Origin: Takakia lepidozioides | Taxonomy: Eukaryota; Plantae; Bryophyta | Reading direction: 5' to 3' | Assembly (NCBI GenBank): GCA_030704615.1 | Contig: CM060732.1 | Location: 8,308,001 to 8,372,000 of the forward strand | DNA length: 64,000 nucleotides | Part shown: positions 25,174-38,555 of the stretch, one piece after another | How the letters are laid out: the number at the start of each line of letters is the position of its first letter | How positions within the stretch are numbered: the first letter of the stretch is position 1 | Translations under genes and position numbers: made by a program | The notes under the pieces: generated by a model | Seen by the model: the letters and a program-made list of their open reading frames with translations, nothing else | Told to the model about the DNA's origin: nothing | Databases searched by the model: none

Positions 25174-27143
25174 GTGCCACTAGTTGTTGGGGACAGTGCC
25201 GGTTCGAGCACTAGCGATACTAGTGGGTACACGAGACGAGGTGTGCGGTTTAGGCCACCTTCACCTCCTGTGTTTTCTACGGAAGGTTCTGATTCGAATT
25301 GTGAATCAGGAGGACTCACACCGGCGGTGCAAGTTGTTTCCTTGCCATTGTTGTGGGACACAATGGAGGAGATGTATGGAGCTACCAAGGGGCCACGAAG
25401 GTACTCTGGGGCGGTGGGCACCATCGAGTTGGATGATTTTATCTAAGAGTTTGATAGTTGGTGTGATTTGCAGCAAATGCGCAATCCACAACTATTTACG
25501 CCTTTCATGGCATGGAAGGGGCTGTTTCAGCACCCTGAGGGGCCGCCTATGGATGATTACCATGAGTTCAGGCGGGGGCATGAGGTTGAGATCGAGGAGT
25601 GGAGGATGTACTGGTCACCCGACTATGTCTCCATCTTTAAGGGCACTAGAGTCACGAGGGCAGTGACTACACCTGCCGCTGCACCGACAGCTTCAGCAAG
25701 CAGTAGTGGGACTAGTGGGACTAGTGGTACCGTAGCTACGACGTCCACCCAAGCCACTACCGCACCAGCACCAGTACCCGTGCCTGCCTTCAACCCTGTT
25801 GTGGAGTTCTTCGAAGAGTTGAGAAGGAACTACCAAGGGGTGAGGACAGAGAAGTTGCAGAGCTTGCAAGAGTTACAATGGAAGCCGACTGAGAGCTTGA
25901 GGGAGGCTTTCACTCGCATGAGGCGCTTGATAAATGTAACCCAAGGGGTTACGGAAGCTCAGGTAGTCCAATTCTGGTATAGGATATTGGACAAGGAGCT
26001 GAGGAGATGGGTACGGGATGCAATTCTCCTACAAGCGGCCCAACCCACCTTAGCAAATGTGTTTTTGCTGGTAGAGCGGATAGAGCTCAACATGGTGGAG
26101 GAACGAGTGGTCATGGTGGGATTTGCTAAGGAGACACCACGGGGTAGTGGTGCTCCTAGCCAACCACTACCTCAACGTGCTCAAGGCAACAAGGGGGCCC
26201 AGGTGAAGCCCAGGGAAGGACAGAGAGGACCTCAGATGCAGGGGTCTCTCCCTTCATTTGCAGGCCAACAACGGGCAGAGGTGGTGTGTTGGACATGTGG
26301 AGGACCCCATGTCAAGAAGGATTGCCTAGAGGGAGGCAAAGGGCTGGCATATGCACAGCCTGCATAGTTGCAGCGTGGGCATTGTGGCAAGCACGGGCAT
26401 GGAGAGGCCCAGTGTTATGGTTTGCATCCTGAGTTGCGCCCAGGCCAATTCCAATGGAACAATGGTGGCCGGGGGCGAGGTGGGGCAACCCAGAGAGGAC
26501 GAGGTGGCCAGGCACGAGGTGTAGGCCAAGGGCAAGCTCAATATGGCCAAGGACGCAGAGGTCAGGGTGTTGACCAAGGCATGACCAACCGGCTTCAGCA
26601 GCTAGAGCAGAGGCTCGCGACGTGGCGTTCACTCCAGGTGACGTGGCGTGAGCGCTGCTGCGCTCACACGCTCACGCCACCAGGCTCACGCCGAGGCATC
26701 CCTGCCGGCTCCAAGGCCGGATGGTCCACCTCCTGCTCCTGAGGGAGGAGATATGGGAGGCATGGGATTCATGTGCGGAGCAGTACTACCACTAGTTCAA
26801 GTGGAGTCTGCTGCAGCCGTGACTCGAGGACAAGCACGAGTTCTTGAGCCACGAGGTGCAGAGGTGGAATTGGATCCACAGCGTGGGGAGGCAAGCCGTC
26901 AGGCTAGGCTTCCTCAGTCATTCACATTGGCGGAGACAGTGTCGACGCCATCCATGGCACCTAGTTCTCGCCTTACTGTTACCGAGGCGGAGGTTACTAT
27001 GCCATTGGGGAGAGCTACACGGGTAGCACCACTACCTAGTGTTGCCAAGGCTACGGCAGCTAGTGTGCTGCTGGGAGCGGCCACATCTGTGTGCCAGGCT
27101 CCATTGTTCTCGGCTACCATGATTGCGACGCCGGGGGTAAGAC
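25174..27143 (+). pseudogene. gag of the DNMT-bearing element
   Basis: Capsid-like RYSG...ELDDFI*EFDSWCD and QWKPTESLREAFTRM; zinc knuckles CWTCGGPHVKKDC and (R)GHCGKHGHGEAQC; RG-rich tract; premature stops. Confidence 0.8.
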
Positions 27144-27277
27144 CCCGGGGGGTGCACTCCTCTTTAAATGTACCAGCCACGTGCATGCACAGGAGGGGGT
27201 ATTTTAAACCCCCCCATGTACAACACTATACATACAGAGGGGGGTTTAAAACACCTTAAATATAATTTTACAGGAGG

Positions 27278-28002
27278 TGTCACGGCCCTTTGCCTTGAGG
27301 GCAAGGAGGTCGGGACACAAGAGGGGCTGCCCCTGTGGTGGGGGCAGTAGCAGCAATAGGTACGAGGGCTGAAGCACCCTTGAGTGCCCAAGGCACTCAA
27401 GGAGGCGGAGGCGCTCACTAGGTGGAGCCCCGCACACCGGGTTGCGGTGGGGGTGGCTCCACAAGGGGTGGTGGTAGCTTAGCGGGACTTAGTGGGGGTG
27501 GCATAGGACTCACCATGGGGTGGAGACCTCGAGGTGGGAGTCGTGGGGAGTCTTGGGACTCATCACGGTCCATTGGGGCCGCGGTGAGTGGGCCAAGACT
27601 CACCGCGACTCACCACCGGGAATCGAGGGTCTTCGTGGTGGTTCGCCATAAAATGGCATGGCTGGTTGTGAAACCCCCGCGGACAGCTACAGAAGTATAT
27701 ATAGGGAGTAGTAACCCCGAGAACGGTGTAAGCCCGTTGGTGACCAAAACTAATGAGTAAGCGAGCGAGCCAGAAAGCGACCAAAGAGTGGGGAGCTGTT
27801 CCGGACTGCCATCTACCAAAGGGAATTCTCCTAGTCCCAATTAGGTGGAGGGTTTTAGAGGGAAGCAAAGGGGGACCGTTATGTCCCGGTGAGCAGCCGA
27901 AGCTCCAAGTTGGCCCGGGCGGCTAGGTTGGGAGTCAGGCGCGCGCATCAAAGCGAGTAACTATGACTTGAAGGGGAGCTTACCGAAGTGAGGTGCGCGA
28001 CA
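27278..28002 (+). repeat. 5' LTR of chromovirus copy 2
   Basis: TG...CA, followed by PBS TGGTATCAGAGC. Confidence 0.96.
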
Positions 28003-28057
28003 CTTGGTATCAGAGCTTAGAGTTCAGTACGCGATCGTCCTTGGGATTGGCCTCATC

Positions 28058-31000
28058 ATGGGGTTGGGCAAGCCGAAGCGAAAGCGGAACGGCCCAAAAG
28101 ATGATGATCCCGGTGAGCCCGATGGGGGCGACGTGTCACCGAGGCGGCCGTTTGAGGAAGCGATGCATGTTTCCGGAAACGAGGCCGCTCAAGAGCGGGA
28201 GGAATCCGAGGAGTCGGAGCCCAAGGAATCCTTGAGAGCTCCGACAAACCAAGAGATGCCTCCCATGTCGGCAGCCTTTTGGGAAGGGTTGTTGGCGCAG
28301 TTTGGCAGGACGTTGAAAGATGTGTTGAAGGCGGCTAATGCCACTTCCACTAAGGCAAAGTTTAAGGTGAAGCCTAAGGAACCCGGCACCTTCGAGGGCG
28401 TCCGAAATCAGAAGGCACTCAACACCTGGCTCTTGGAGCTAGAGCAGTACTTCCGGGCGGCCAAGTTGAGTGACGAGGATCGGGTGGAAGTGGCTCCCAC
28501 CTATTTGAGGGGCTATGCTCAACAATGGTGGCAGAAACGCCTTCACGACCGAGGTCCAAGTCCGGAAACCTTGAACTGGAGTGGGTTCAAGGAATTGATG
28601 AAGAGACAGTTTGTGCCCCTCAACGCGTCCTGGCTTGCCCGGGACAAGATGAGGAATTTGAAGCAAACAGATGACATTCGGGGGTATGTCCAGGCTTTCA
28701 ATGTGCTGTTGCTCGAAGTCGCGGACATGGCAGAACCAGAAATGGTCTTCAACTTTGTGGCGGGACTGGCCCCATGGGCCAGGCGGAAGTTGGAGGAGAA
28801 GCCACCCAAGACTTTGAACGAGGCTATTGAGAGGGCTGAATGTTTCTCAGATGTCCCTAGTGGTGAAAGACAAGGTCGTACGGAGCTGAACCACAAGAAG
28901 ATTCGGCGGGAAGGTGACTCCTTCCGACCGGAAAAGAAGTGGGATAGGCCACGCGGCGAAAATGGCACGTGGAAATCGAAGGGAGGGCCTTCACACGTCA
29001 AGGCGGCACTCGGTGCTTCGAAAGGAAAAGCGAAGAAGTGCACGAAGCCCCGGCAATTGAACATGACTCGGGCGACCACGGAGCTGTCGGAAGATACCAT
29101 CAGTCGCTTGGTGGAAGCGGTGGTCGCTAGGACTTGCAAGGTAGGCAAATTTTCTTGTGAGTTGTATCAGGAAACTGGCGCCTTACGAAAAGGGAGTCAG
29201 TTATTGTTCGTGGATGGGATGATATCCGGAACTAATGTGTCGTTGTTGGTGGACATAGGAGCGTCGCACTCCTTCATGACACCGGCAACGGCACAAAAGC
29301 TGGGACTCCCGACAAGTGACGTGGGGGCCTCTATTGAGGTGCGTTCTGCCAAAGGAGAACCACAGTTGGCGACAAGGTTGGCGATTGATGTTCCTCTTCA
29401 ACTGGGGAGTTGGGAGGGACGTGAGAACTTCACCATCTGCGAGATTGATGGAGTGGATCTCATTTTGGGGATGACCTTTTTGAGCAAATCCGGAGCGGTC
29501 ATAGATGGCCGCAAGAGAGTAGTCACGCTGCCATGTGGGAATGGTGGCGAGGTTTTACGAGTGTCTGAAACGCCCAAATCCGTGGGAGGGCGAATAAACC
29601 TTCTGTCAGCAAAGGAGTGGGCCGTGGAGCAGACACACGAGCCCCAGTTTGTGCTTTACATTAGAGAAGTGAAAGGAGAAGGTGATGGGGAGCCGAGCCC
29701 AGATTGGATCAAGGGGATTTTGGAGAAATACCAGGATGTGATGCCGGAGGATTTACCAAGCGGCTTGCCACAGCGAAGAGGAGTTGACCACAAGATTGAG
29801 GTGATACCGAGATCGGAACCGCCTGCCAAGGCGCCCTACCGGTTGAGCCACAGAGAGTTGGTCGAGCTGAAGACTCAGCTCAAGGATCTAATGTCAAAGG
29901 GGTACATCCGGCCGAGTAAGTCACCTTACGGAGCCCTGGTGCTATTTGCAGACAAGAAGGATGGGACGCTGCGGATGTGTGTCGATTACAGGGCTCTGAA
30001 TAAGGTGACTATCAGAAACCGGTACCCTTTGCCAAGAATCGACGACCTCTTCAATCGGTTGGCAGGAGCGAAGTATTTCAGCCGGATCGACTTGCACTCC
30101 GGCTATCACCAAATTCGGGTGGCGGAAGGAGATGAGGAGAAGACCGCGTGCAGGACAAGGTATGGTTCATATGAGTTCTTGGTGATGCCTTTTGGGCTCA
30201 CCAATGCACCAGCGACATTTAGCACGCTGATGAACAGCCTTTTTCAGGAGTGGTTGGATGACTTTGTGATCGTGTACATCGACGACATCTTGGTGTACTT
30301 GAAAACAAAGGAGGAGCACCTGGAGCACCTCAAAAGGGTGTTCCAAAAATTGCGAGAAGGGAAGCTGTATGCCAAAGCTTCAAAGTGCGAATTCGGGGTC
30401 ACGAAAGTAGAGTTATTGGGGCATGTGATTACACAGGATGGGATCAAAATGGATGACAGAAAGGTGAGGGCGATCTTGGACTGGGAGCCTTCGACTTCGG
30501 TCCCGGGAGTGCGATCCTTCCTAGGACTCGCCTCCTATTACCGGAAGTATGTGAGAAATTTTGCCAAGATTGCGGGGCCGCTGTCAGACCTTCTGTGTAA
30601 ATCTAAAGTCTGGGCATGGAACATTTTGTGGCCAAGCTTTTGCTGAATTGAAGCAGCGGATGGCGGAAGCTCCAGTCTTGAAAATCCCGGAGTTCGATCG
30701 TCCATTTGAGATTTATACAGATGCGTCGGACTTCGCGATTGGGGGAGTACTTATGCAAGATGGACGTCCAGTGGCTTACGAAAGTAAGAAACTGAATGAA
30801 GTGGAGCGACGGTGGCCGACGCACGAAAAAGAGATGAAGGCGGTGGTGCATTGCCTTGAGCTTTGGCGCCACTATGTTGGTTCCAACCCAGTGAAGGTGT
30901 TCACGGACAATGTCACAGTGAAGTATTTTGCCACGCAGCCCAAGTTGTCCCCAAAACAACTTAGGTGGCAAGATACTTTGGCGGTGTTCGACGTGGATAT

Positions 31001-32540
31001 CCAGTACAAACCGGGACGGGACAATGTGGTGGCCGATGCTTTAAGTAGAAAGCAGCAGCTTTTGTTGGTGTACAAGGGCGAGACGGCGCTCCAAAGGAAG
31101 ATCCGGAAGGCTTGCCGGAAAGATGAGCTGGCAAAGTCCGTGATGCAGGACTTGAGAATGGGGGTTAAATCGCAGTTTCACTTGCAAAATGGGCTGCTCC
31201 GATATAAGCAAAAGCGTCTCTACGTGCCGAAGGGAGGGATCAGAGATAGCCTCTTGAGAGAATGCCATGATAGCCCGCTTGCGGGCCACGGCGGAGCCAA
31301 GCGCACTGCGGCACTCCTGAAGAAAGAGTATTTCTGGCCCAAACTGAGGGAGGAGGCAGAGGAGTATGTCAAGACATGCACCACATGCCAACAAAACCGG
31401 AGCGAGTACAAAAAGCAAGCGGGGCAGTTACAACCCTTGCCGATTCCAGAGGGGACTTGGGAAAGCGTCTCGATGGATTTCATGACTGCTATGCCGCTGT
31501 CAAAAGGATTCGATGCAATCATGGTGGTGGTGGATAGGTTCAGTAAAATGGGCCATTTCATCCCCACCAAGGAGACAGCAACGGCGCAGGAGACAGGGCG
31601 ACTTTACTTTGCCCACGTCTTAAAACATCATGGAGTCCCGAAGGATATTGTCTCGGATCGCGATCCAAAGTTTACGAGTAAATTTTGGAGGACACTTTGG
31701 AAGAAGATGGGGACGAGGCTGAAGATGAGCACCGCCTTCCGACCTACGACGGACGGCCAAACGGAAAGAGTGAATTCCGTAGTGAAGCAATTCTTGCGGA
31801 ATTACGTGTCGGCAGACCAATCAGACTGGATGGAACACTTAGACGCGGCAGAGTTCTGTTATAATAATACAGAACACTCCGCAACGGGAGTTTCCCCTTT
31901 CGTATTGGTCTATGGAAAAGCACCTCTGGTGCCGACAAGTTGGGTCGCCCAGGACGTTGAGGAACCGGCAGTAGCGGCAGTATTGGAAGAACGTGAGCGT
32001 TTGTTGAAGCTCGCAAAGTACAACATTGCCAAAGCTAGGAAACAGTATGAAAGGCAGGCAAATCGGAAGCGGAGGGAAGTGAAGTTTGAGGCAGGCACAG
32101 AGGTCTGGTTGAACATCAAGAATTTCCGACTACCTCCGGAAGTGAGTCCAAAGTTCGTACCTCCGTATGCGGGACCCTTTCGCATTCGGAAGGTTATGAA
32201 TGAGGATGTGTATGAATTGGAGCTACCGGCAAACAGCAAGGTGCACCCAGTATTCCATGTCTCCCTTTTGAAGCCTTACTTCAAAGATGAAGCGCGTCCG
32301 AATCGGCATCAAGTGTTGCGTCCGCCACCTATGCTATTGGATCATGAAAATGAACCTGAGTACGAGGTGGAGGCAATACTTAAGTCGAGGAGGTTCAAGA
32401 ACCGAGAAACGGAGTATCTCGTCAAATGGAAGGGCTATCATCATGTGGAGGCATCTTGGGTGCGTGCCTCAGAAATGGGAAACGCATCCGAGGCGGTTGC
32501 AGCGTTCGAAGGGCGACCTCAAAAGCGGAAGAAGCGTTGA
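28058..32540 (+). pseudogene. Chromovirus gag-pol with one frameshift at about 30620
   Basis: Protease [10 protein letters not shown] (DTG altered); [11 protein letters not shown] and YIDD; RNase H TDASDFAIG; integrase HHCC, SMDF/SDRD/TDGQTE and GPF; chromodomain EYEVEAIL...EYLVKWKGY...SW. Confidence 0.93.
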
Positions 32541-33444
32541 TGGGGACATCAACCCTGGAGCATGGGGGAGGAAATGCATGCTTAGCCCGGCTTAGCTAGC
32601 TTAGGAATCCGATTGCAAAAACTTGTATTGTACAAAACGTGCTATAAATGAAATGGATTCCAAATGTTGTGCGTCCTATTTTGTTTGGAATGGTGATGCA
32701 TGGAATGGTTGGCTAGTGTGTAGAATGCATGCTAGCTTATAAAAGTGGGAGAGGTAAATTGGGTTAATCGTGTGTTTGCGTAGTGCCGAAATCGGGTGAC
32801 TCCCATCCAAGGGGCAAGGAAACTTGCGCCTTCTTTGGGACTTCACGTGCTAGTGCGCACCTGGCGCGTGCGCGTACTATAACTGCGCTACCGAGGGGGT
32901 TGCCTTGTAGTGCGGGCTAACGCGGAAGCTACGTGCTTCCGTTCACGTACTATAATCGTGTAGCCTCGAGACGAAGTCGTAGTGCGGCTTCGGCGTGTTC
33001 CCGTACCTCAGGCCAGCATTCCAAGGCGGACCCAATTGTAGTGATTGGGGCGCACGGTTGGTTCAAGGTTATCTTCCTAGTCAAAGAGGGTTCCAGGTGA
33101 ACCCTTGCTCAAGGTGATGCCACAAGTGGCATCATGAGCGATCGCAAGCAATGTTGTTGCAGTAAGGCGATTCGATCCTCGGGGAGGATCGTTCCTTGGC
33201 CTTGAAGTAGGCCAAGAAGAGTGCACTGGGAGGAGCTGGAGAGGCTCCACCCTTGGCCGAGACTTGGAGGAAGTCGGCCGAACTAGCTAGTGGAGAGTAA
33301 GTCAAGTGTGGGGTTTGGTTCTTTGCCATGGGACGCCATGGTACGGAAACAAATTCCTTGATGTAGGACGCCACAACTTGGATGTTCGTTTCTACAAAAT
33401 GGACAAGTCGATGAGGACATCGACTCCCTGTTGGTAGGGGTGTG

Positions 33445-34170
33445 TGTCGCGGCCCTTTGCCTTGAGGGCAGGGAGGTCGGGACACAAGAGGGGCTGCCCC
33501 TGTGGTGGGGGCAGTAGCAGCGATAGGTACGAGGGCTGAAGCACCCTTGAGTGCCTTGGGCACTCAAGGAGGCGGAGGCGCTCACTAGGTGGAGCCCCGC
33601 ACACCGGGTTGCGGTGGGGGTGGCTCCACAAGGGGTGGTGGTAGCTTAGCGGGACTTAGTGGGGGTGGCATAGGACTCACCATGGGGTGGAGACCTCGAG
33701 GTGGGAGTTGTGGGGAGTCTTGGGACTCATCACGGTCCATTGGGGCCACGGTGAGTGGGCCAAGACTCACCGCGACTCACCACCGGGAATCGAGGGTCTT
33801 CGTGGTGGTTCACCATAAAATGGCATGGCTGGTTGTGAAACCCCCGCGGACAGCTACAGAAGTATATATAGGGAGTAGTAACCCCGAGAACGGTGCAAGC
33901 CCGTTGGTGACCAAAAACTAGTGAGTAAGCGAGCGAGCCAGAAAGCGACCAAAGAGTGGGGAGCTGTTCCGGACTGCCATCTACCAAAGGGAATTCTCCT
34001 AGTCCCAATTAGGTGGAGGGTTTTAGAGGGAAGCGAAGGGGGACCGTTATGTCCCGGTGAGCAGCCGAAGCTCCAAGTTGGTCCGGGCGGCCAGGTTGGG
34101 AGTCAGGCGCGCGCATCAAAGCGAGTAACTATGACTTGAAGGGGAGCTTACCGAAGTGAGGTGCGCAACA
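33445..34170 (+). repeat. 3' LTR of chromovirus copy 2
   Basis: Direct repeat of 27278-28002, followed by TSD GGAGG. Confidence 0.96.
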
Positions 34171-34737
34171 GGAGGGGGTTGTTGAGTTTTTAGGGATAGT
34201 GTAGTGGTAAGAATGGCGATTCCGCCGCGATGCATCCCGGGATCGAATCGTGGAATCGTCGTTTTGTATGTTTTTTTTTTTTTTTTTTCGCTCCACGATC
34301 TTTCTCCCCTGACCTCCCGTGGCTTTCTCTTTTCTTTCTCCTCCTCTCCCGCGTTCGCCTTCCCTTCCGCGGGCTTTCTCTTTTTCCTCCTCTCCTCTCC
34401 CCTCCTCTCCACAGGGCATGGTAGGACAATGTGGTGAGGGCACCGGAATGTGGTGAGGGCACTGACTTGGGAGAAGGTTTGAGGTTGTGATGTATGTAGA
34501 GGGCAGGAATCGAAGGGGATGAAGTAAGTGCGCGGGAATGTGGGGCAGGCCTGGGCTGATCGGTGATGATATGCGGGTATGGTGGCGGATTGTTGTGCAG
34601 CAATGACAGGAGGACATGGGCATCAAGATTCCCAGTCATCAGAGGTAATGAGCACATTAGGCCTATTTTCTTTCCTAATAATGATTGGCGTGACACAATG
34701 GTTGTACTCACTGTATCAGGCCTATTCTCATCCTTAT

Positions 34738-37409
34738 TGAATCCAAACAGCCAGAGGGACAAGATGCCCCTAAGTGTACAGAACCTGAAGGATTTGGTAC
34801 TCAAGAGTTTACACAAGACGAGCAAAATCTACACATGGGGTAACTGTCCCCCCTTTGCAGAACGGTTGGGCGTCCAGGAGCAATCCCAAACTACCTAGAC
34901 GACAAACAATTCACATGCAAAGGGCTGGTTTGCGGCTGGCCACTTTCAACTTCTCAGGGCTTACTAACCAAAGGAAACAACTCGAAGTGGGACAAGTCCT
35001 TCGGACTAATGATATTCATATCTGTGCTGGGCAAGAAACATGGGAAACTTCGGATAAACTGGTTGGAGATGTCAATGGTAATAAATGGGCAGGTAGGATG
35101 TGTACTCTCAAGGCATCCTCTGCCAAACGCGGTCAAAAAGGGGTTGGATTCTTTGTCCGTGATTTCTTGTTTGATAATTGTGAAATTATCAACAAGGGTT
35201 TGAGGTACGAACATAGTATCTGGCTAAAACTGAATCTGAAGGGCGGCATGAGTACGAAGGACCTCTTTGTGGGTTGTGTTTACATGCCCACAGAGGGGAC
35301 CTTAGTGCTGACGCAAACAAAGCCTTCGAAGATGTAAAGCTGGACTGTGCTTCGTTCCTTGCCAAAGGTCAGGTAGTGCTATTGGGTGACTTCAATGCCC
35401 GGGTGGGCAAAGGGCTCCATCAGGACGATATCATTGGGCCTTTTGGTGAGGACGAGCCCTCTATAAAGAGTGCTGCAATTTGAAAACCAACAGAGAATTG
35501 TGGGCGAGGTACTATCAGCTCCGGAAAGATATCAATCAGCTTGTTAGGTCTCAGAAGAAATTATACTGGGATAAGTTATACAGTGAAATAAACTCAAACC
35601 ACCATGGTGGTAATGACAAGAAATTATGGTTGGCCCTTCAATGTTTGTACAAGCCTAAAAACGGTCAGCAAGTACAAGCGATGAAGACTACTAAAGGTGC
35701 AGTGGTGACTTCATCGGTTGACATTGTCAAAACCTTTGAAAATCACTACAGTATCCTTGGCAGAACTTCTAGGTCTAACAGTGAGGGGTCTTCTGCTGAA
35801 TGGAGGGACACAGTTGGAAAAATTGTTCCTATGATTCAAAACAGCCCTGATGAACTGGAGTATATTTCAATGGCTTATAACGCTCCCATTAGTTCTTCTG
35901 AGATTGTGGAAACAATTGAACATTTAAATGGATATAAAGCTGGTGGACCTGATGGTATTGTCAACGAGCTTATCAAGCACGGTGGCGATCCCATGATAGA
36001 GGCCCTAGTTCTCCTCTTTAACCTTATCTGGAAGACTGAAATGATCCCCTTTCGCTGGCGACAGGGGGTCATTGTCAGTCTATACAAGAAGGGTGACAGA
36101 GAAGAACCGGGGAACTACCGTGGCATCACACTCAGGAGTTGATTAGTTGCGCGAAGAGATACTTTGATCATTGGGGGCTAGAGGCTAATGTCAGCAAATG
36201 TGCAGTGGTAGCATTGAGGAGAGGGAGGAAGTGATCTTAAGTGGCAGTGGGGTAGCCAAGAGATCCCGGTCCTCCCTTCCTACACTTACCTGGGCGTTGA
36301 GTTTTCCTCCAATTGTAATTGGGATGCACATATCCGGAAAGTTGTTCGAACTGGCAAGGGCAAAGCTCTGGGGCTCACTAAATTTTTCCACTGCAGAGGG
36401 GTCATCTCTGAGGTTAAGAAAACCATGCTTTGTCGCGTTATTAGACCTGCCTTGGAGTACGGATCTGCTATATGGGTTGATAACTCCAACCAGGCTAAGT
36501 CTCTAGAATCCATTCAAGTGGGGGTGCTTAAGGAGTGTATGTCAGCATGCTCCAAAACAGCCAATGTGGCTGTTCGGGGTGAGTTTGGCATTCCATCCTT
36601 AAGCTCCCGACGAGATGAATTCAAGGTCAGATGGTGGGGTCAGCTGCAACATATGCCCAACACCAGATATCCTAAGTTGATTGACTCTATATCTTGGAAA
36701 CAGGACCGCCCTGTCAAACAGGCTAAGTCCTGGCAGAAGAGAGTAGAAAAGATTCTCAAGGACCTGGACCTGGATCCGCAAGTCTTGACCCTGCTGGATA
36801 AATCTGCCTTAGAGGCTAGTGTCTGAGGCCATGTCTGTTGCCATGAGATTGTCTGATGAAAATGAAGTTAGGCAGAGAACTTCCCTGAACTTGTTTCCAG
36901 TCAGTGACATGGGGGTGGACATCTTGGATGACCTCAAGGGTCTACCCACTCTCGGCACTAGACTGAAATTGAAACTCAGGGCAGGAAGCCTACCTTTGAA
37001 CAGCAAACAGAAGCAGAGAAGAAAGGGAGAGTGCAATTGTCCGTTGTGTGGGCAATCTGAAGACAGTATTCATTTTTTGATACGCTGTCCGGGTTCTCTC
37101 ACCAAAGAGAGGCTCTCTTCAATTCTATCAAGGGAATTGTGCCTGTACCCCTGTTTACCAACTTTGAAAGTCTCGAGGCTGAGCCAAAAGCCCAGGCCCT
37201 CCTAAGGCCTAGTTTTTGGGCAAATCACACACAGCAGATTGATGCTTGTGTGAAGGGATTTCTAGAGGATATCTGGAAAACCCGGATTAATTCCTTATAC
37301 GATGGTAAGTCTTACTACCAACGTCAGCCCTGTTCCTTTTGTTCCCACTGAAACTGGGCGCGGGGTCAATGGCCACAAGGCTACGGCAAACAACGTCTTA
37401 TGAGTACAA
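34738..37409 (+). mobile_element. 5'-truncated LINE with several internal deletions
   Basis: APE and RT fragments match 58400-62475; 12-bp TSD TCTCATCCTTAT (34726-34737, 37410-37421). Confidence 0.9.
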
Positions 37410-37927
37410 TCTCATCCTTATCATCCCTCGCCTTTTGGAAAATTCCAGCCATAATTGAAGGGCAATTGGTTGTTGTACTTAACTGCACGAATGTTCCCCT
37501 TTCTGTTGGAATGAGCCGCACGTCCTTTCCATGCTGACATACCCTTTCTTCTTCCTGCAGGATCCTTTGCCCAGCCCTGTTATTTCTATCATTTGTGCCA
37601 TCCTCTTGGCGTTTCCACAGCCTCCCCTCATTGCCAGTGAAGTGTTTCTTTCTCTTCCCTTTGTCTTTAAAGACACTCCAACTGTTAGCTGCAGTACCCT
37701 TCGCTGATTTCTTATTGCCTTTGACCTCATGTATGTTTTCAATCATGTTTGAAGGGTGATCACTTGCTGCCATATGCATGACTGTGTCCTTGACTGCTTC
37801 TCTTGTCTCAGTATGATGTTTAATTGTTGTCATGTCAGGCTGTGCTCAGCTGCACCGTGGTGTCTTCAAATGGATCAATTTTTCAGACACGGTCTTGCCA
37901 ACTGAATGATGCAGGTTCACTTGGGAG

Positions 37928-38555
37928 AGTGCACTCCCCCTTTCCTCTCTGCTTCTGTTTCATGTTCAAAGGTAGGCTTCCTTCCCTGAGTTTAAATTTC
38001 AGTCTAGTGCCGAGAGTGGGTGGACCCTTGAGGTCATCCAAGATGTCCTCCCCCATGTCACTGACTAGAAACAAGTTCAGGGAAGTTTTATGCCTAACTT
38101 CATTTTCATCAGACAATCTCATGGCAATAGACATGGCTTTGGACACTACAGCCTCTAAGTCTGATTTATCCAGCAGGGTCAAGACTTGTGGATCCAGGTC
38201 CAGGTCCTTGAGAATCTCTTCTACTCTGGCCTTGGGAAAACACCTTTGGATCTCAGTCCAGAAAGTGGTCAGAGGTACCAATATCAGTTCTGTCGATCAA
38301 CACATTGGCACACTTGGGGAACAAATTTTTGTCCATTATGATATAGTCCACAATGGAACGTTCCCCAGTTTGGGATTTCTCACGAGTCCACTGCACTTGG
38401 TCACCTCTTGTCTTGTTAATCAAGGTCAAAAGCTGAAGCTCTTCCAGACAGTTAATTAACCGTCTGCCATTAGAATTCAGCTCGTCCTCACCAGAAGACC
38501 CAATGATATCGTCCTGATGGAGCCCTTTGCCCACTTGGGCATTGAAGTCACCCTA
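37928..38555 (-). mobile_element. Rearranged LINE fragment (an APE piece fused to a C-terminal piece)
   Basis: GDFNA...GKGLHQDDIIG...IVDYII...SDH joined to RVEEILKDLDLDPQ...GKGEC. Confidence 0.85.

Larger units (their letters stand above)
27278..34170 (+). mobile_element. Full-length Ty3/gypsy chromovirus
   Basis: LTRs 27278-28002 and 33445-34170 (about 16 differences by eye); 5-bp TSD GGAGG; tRNA-iMet PBS 28005-28016; gag-PR-RT-RH-INT-chromodomain. Confidence 0.97.

Noticed and set aside
28004-28057. TTG start of the 880-aa ORF
   Set aside because: It overlaps the PBS; ATG 28058 is the plausible start
37381-37833. 150-aa minus-strand ORF inside the P-like transposon
   Set aside because: No recognisable motif and its end runs into LINE sequence; it cannot be supported as a gene
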